Positions 16,450 through 18,109 of a DNA stretch of 18,109 bases are shown here, piece after piece; the stretch's first letter is position 1, and each line of letters starts with the position of its first letter. Source of the DNA: a bacterium (lineage in GTDB: Bacteria > Zhuqueibacterota > Zhuqueibacteria > Oceanimicrobiales > Oceanimicrobiaceae); assembly GCA_046757525.1 (NCBI GenBank), contig JBHHYI010000088.1:1-18109 (forward strand), written 5' to 3'. The notes beneath the pieces were generated by a model that did no database searches, had not been told where the DNA came from, and was given only the letters and a program-made list of their open reading frames with translations. Position numbers and translations under genes: made by a program.

Positions 16450-16565
16450 GGACCGGCGAAAGAAGACGCCAACCTTTTTGAAAAGGCGTCGCAGCAGAGT
16501 CCGAAAGGACAGAAAAATGTCGATCTTGCAGAAGTCTAAACAGGATCAAGAAAGGAGAATTCCGG

Positions 16566-16958
16566 ATGAACCACCTGACGCCAAATGCAGAAGAATTGCA
16601 AAAATTCACTCAGCACCCGGACACTCAGCCCGTGGTGATGATCAATTTACTCAAGTTCAAAACAACGACCGCTGCTGGTGAAACCGGCCAAGAAGCCTAT
16701 CAGCGCTACGCCCAGAACGTGGCGCCGTTGCTGGCCAAAGTGGGCGGGTGCTTGCTGTGGCAAGGCCAGGCGGACCAACTCATCATTGGTGGCCCGGAAG
16801 ACCGGTGGGACCGCGTGCTGTTGGTTGGGTACCCTTCACGCGCAGCCTTTATGAACCTGGTCGAGATGCCGGAATTTCAGGTTGTGCAAAAAGACCGGCA
16901 AGCAGCTCTGGAAAGTACCGTTCTCATCGCAGCGACCACCGCAGGAAGCACACCATAA
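16566..16958 (+). CDS. DUF1330-domain protein (dimeric alpha/beta barrel)
   Basis: PVVMINLLKF...GQEAYQRY...WDRVLLV.YPSRAAF...R.AALE; AAGGAG SD at 16552-16557. Confidence 0.85.
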   Translation: MNHLTPNAEELQKFTQHPDTQPVVMINLLKFKTTTAAGETGQEAYQRYAQNVAPLLAKVGGCLLWQGQADQLIIGGPEDRWDRVLLVGYPSRAAFMNLVEMPEFQVVQKDRQAALESTVLIAATTAGSTP

Positions 16959-16987
16959 GGTTGCTTCGTCTCTACGAAAGGGAAAAA

Positions 16988-18109
16988 ATGAAGGCAAAAT
17001 CGGCTGTAGGATTGATTTTTCTGGTCTATGCTTGCCACCAAACGGTTGCGGCGCAGGAATGGAGTGTGTGGCGGAACCTCGGCAGGCGGGTAGCACCAGA
17101 TTCGGTGAACCTGGCAGGACTGGTGGTGGGCGTGAATGAAGATGAGCGGCAGGAAGTCTTTGTGGAAAGCGAAGACGGCCGGCTTTGGCACATTTGGCAA
17201 AAGTACATCAACTCTGGTTGGAGCAAATGGTCAGCGATGGCTACGCCAGCGCCGCAGGTCAAATTGCGTGGTGGATTTGCAGTCTGGCAGAATGAAGATG
17301 GCCGACAGGAGCTGTTCGCCACCAGCGAGAGCGGGGCGCTCTGGCACGTGTGGCAGAAGGCGCCCAATTCAGGCTGGAGCAAATGGAAAAGTCTGGCCAG
17401 TCCTCCGGACGTTGAAGTAGCTTCTATTCCGGCCGTGGGGCGCAACGAAGACGGACGGCAGGAGGTCGCCGTATTCGGCAGCGACGGGGCCTTGTGGCAC
17501 ATCTGGCAGAAGGCGCCCAATGCCAGTTGGCGCAACTGGCAGAACCTTGGTGCGCCGGAAAGCGTGAACCTGACCTCATCTCCGGTGGGGGGCCAAAATG
17601 CAGACGGCCGGCTGGAGCTTTTCGCTGTCTGCAGCGACGGCGCTCTCTGGCACATCTGGCAAAAGCGGCCCAACGAAAGCTGGGGTAAGTGGAAGCGTTT
17701 GGGCAGTCCGGCGAACGTCAAGCTTGCCGGCAGGCCCGTCCTGTCTCAAAACCAGGATGGGCGAATGGAGATCTTCCTCCTGGCACAGGGTGGTGTGGTT
17801 TGGCACCGCTGGCAAACCCACCCAAATGGCGGCTGGAGCAAGTGGAAAAGCCTGGGTAGCCCGGCCACCAGCAAGCTGCTTTCTGTCCCCAGGCTGGGTC
17901 GGAACCAGGACGGTCGACTCGAGCTCTTTGCGATCGGGTCCGAAGGGGGGCTCTGGCATGTCTGGCAAAAAGCCCCGAACAGCGGCTGGAAGCATTGGAA
18001 GAGTCTGGATGCACCACAGGGAGTCAAACTTACGCCGCATTTGGGGGTCGGGAAAAACCAAGATGGCCGGATCGAGGCTTTCGCCATCGGCAGCGACCGC
18101 GTGCTCTGG
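16988..18109 (+). CDS. Secreted PLL-family (Photorhabdus lectin-like) seven-bladed beta-propeller lectin; 3'-partial
   Basis: Open frame of 374 codons from ATG 16988 to the window end; signal peptide MKAKSAVGLIFLVYACHQTVAA-Q; seven N(E/A/Q)DGRxExF...LWHxWQ..PN..W..W..L blades (the last truncated). Confidence 0.9.
   Translation, partial: MKAKSAVGLIFLVYACHQTVAAQEWSVWRNLGRRVAPDSVNLAGLVVGVNEDERQEVFVESEDGRLWHIWQKYINSGWSKWSAMATPAPQVKLRGGFAVWQNEDGRQELFATSESGALWHVWQKAPNSGWSKWKSLASPPDVEVASIPAVGRNEDGRQEVAVFGSDGALWHIWQKAPNASWRNWQNLGAPESVNLTSSPVGGQNADGRLELFAVCSDGALWHIWQKRPNESWGKWKRLGSPANVKLAGRPVLSQNQDGRMEIFLLAQGGVVWHRWQTHPNGGWSKWKSLGSPATSKLLSVPRLGRNQDGRLELFAIGSEGGLWHVWQKAPNSGWKHWKSLDAPQGVKLTPHLGVGKNQDGRIEAFAIGSDRVLW
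17135..18109 (+). repeat. Intragenic tandem repeat with ~153-bp (51-codon) period
   Basis: The NxDGR Asn codons start at 17135, 17291, 17444, 17597, 17750, 17903 and 18056. Confidence 0.9.

Noticed and set aside
16491..16516. Hammerhead ribozyme
   Set aside because: CAGCAGA replaces the required CUGANGA and an extra A precedes GAAA; kept only as an unassigned structure
17135..18109. CRISPR-like or non-coding array
   Set aside because: The period is a multiple of three with synonymous variation and encodes propeller blades; no identical repeats with spacers

Overview
Bacterial chromosomal window, mostly GC-rich coding sequence with AT-rich intergenic gaps. The outer-membrane barrel gene suggests a diderm, but the taxon cannot be fixed from the sequence. 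Left to right: the 5' end of a minus-strand secreted-protein gene; an AT-rich UPF0175/DUF3368 (PIN) toxin-antitoxin-like pair; a minus-strand operon (outer-membrane beta-barrel, STAS anti-anti-sigma factor, GH13_18 glucosylglycerate-type phosphorylase); leuS; a convergent LutB-like LUD/ferredoxin/CCG fusion oxidoreductase; an ~880-bp divergent intergenic region; a form-II-CoxSLM-like molybdenum hydroxylase operon interrupted by two toxin-less antitoxin-like genes; a truncated FlK-like thioesterase remnant; a MopB-family molybdopterin oxidoreductase; a DUF1330 protein; and a secreted PLL-type beta-propeller lectin that runs off the right edge and is missing from the ORF track. The most unusual element is a minus-strand structured non-coding region (~9307 down to ~8720) upstream of the LUD oxidoreductase. 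It has its own sigma70-like promoter, two diverged tandem copies of a multi-hairpin motif, mutually exclusive long-range pairings, a terminator-like hairpin whose arm is complementary to the motif loops, and an SD-sequestering hairpin. I cannot match it to an RNA family I know, so it is a candidate new tandem riboswitch/attenuator or large ncRNA.
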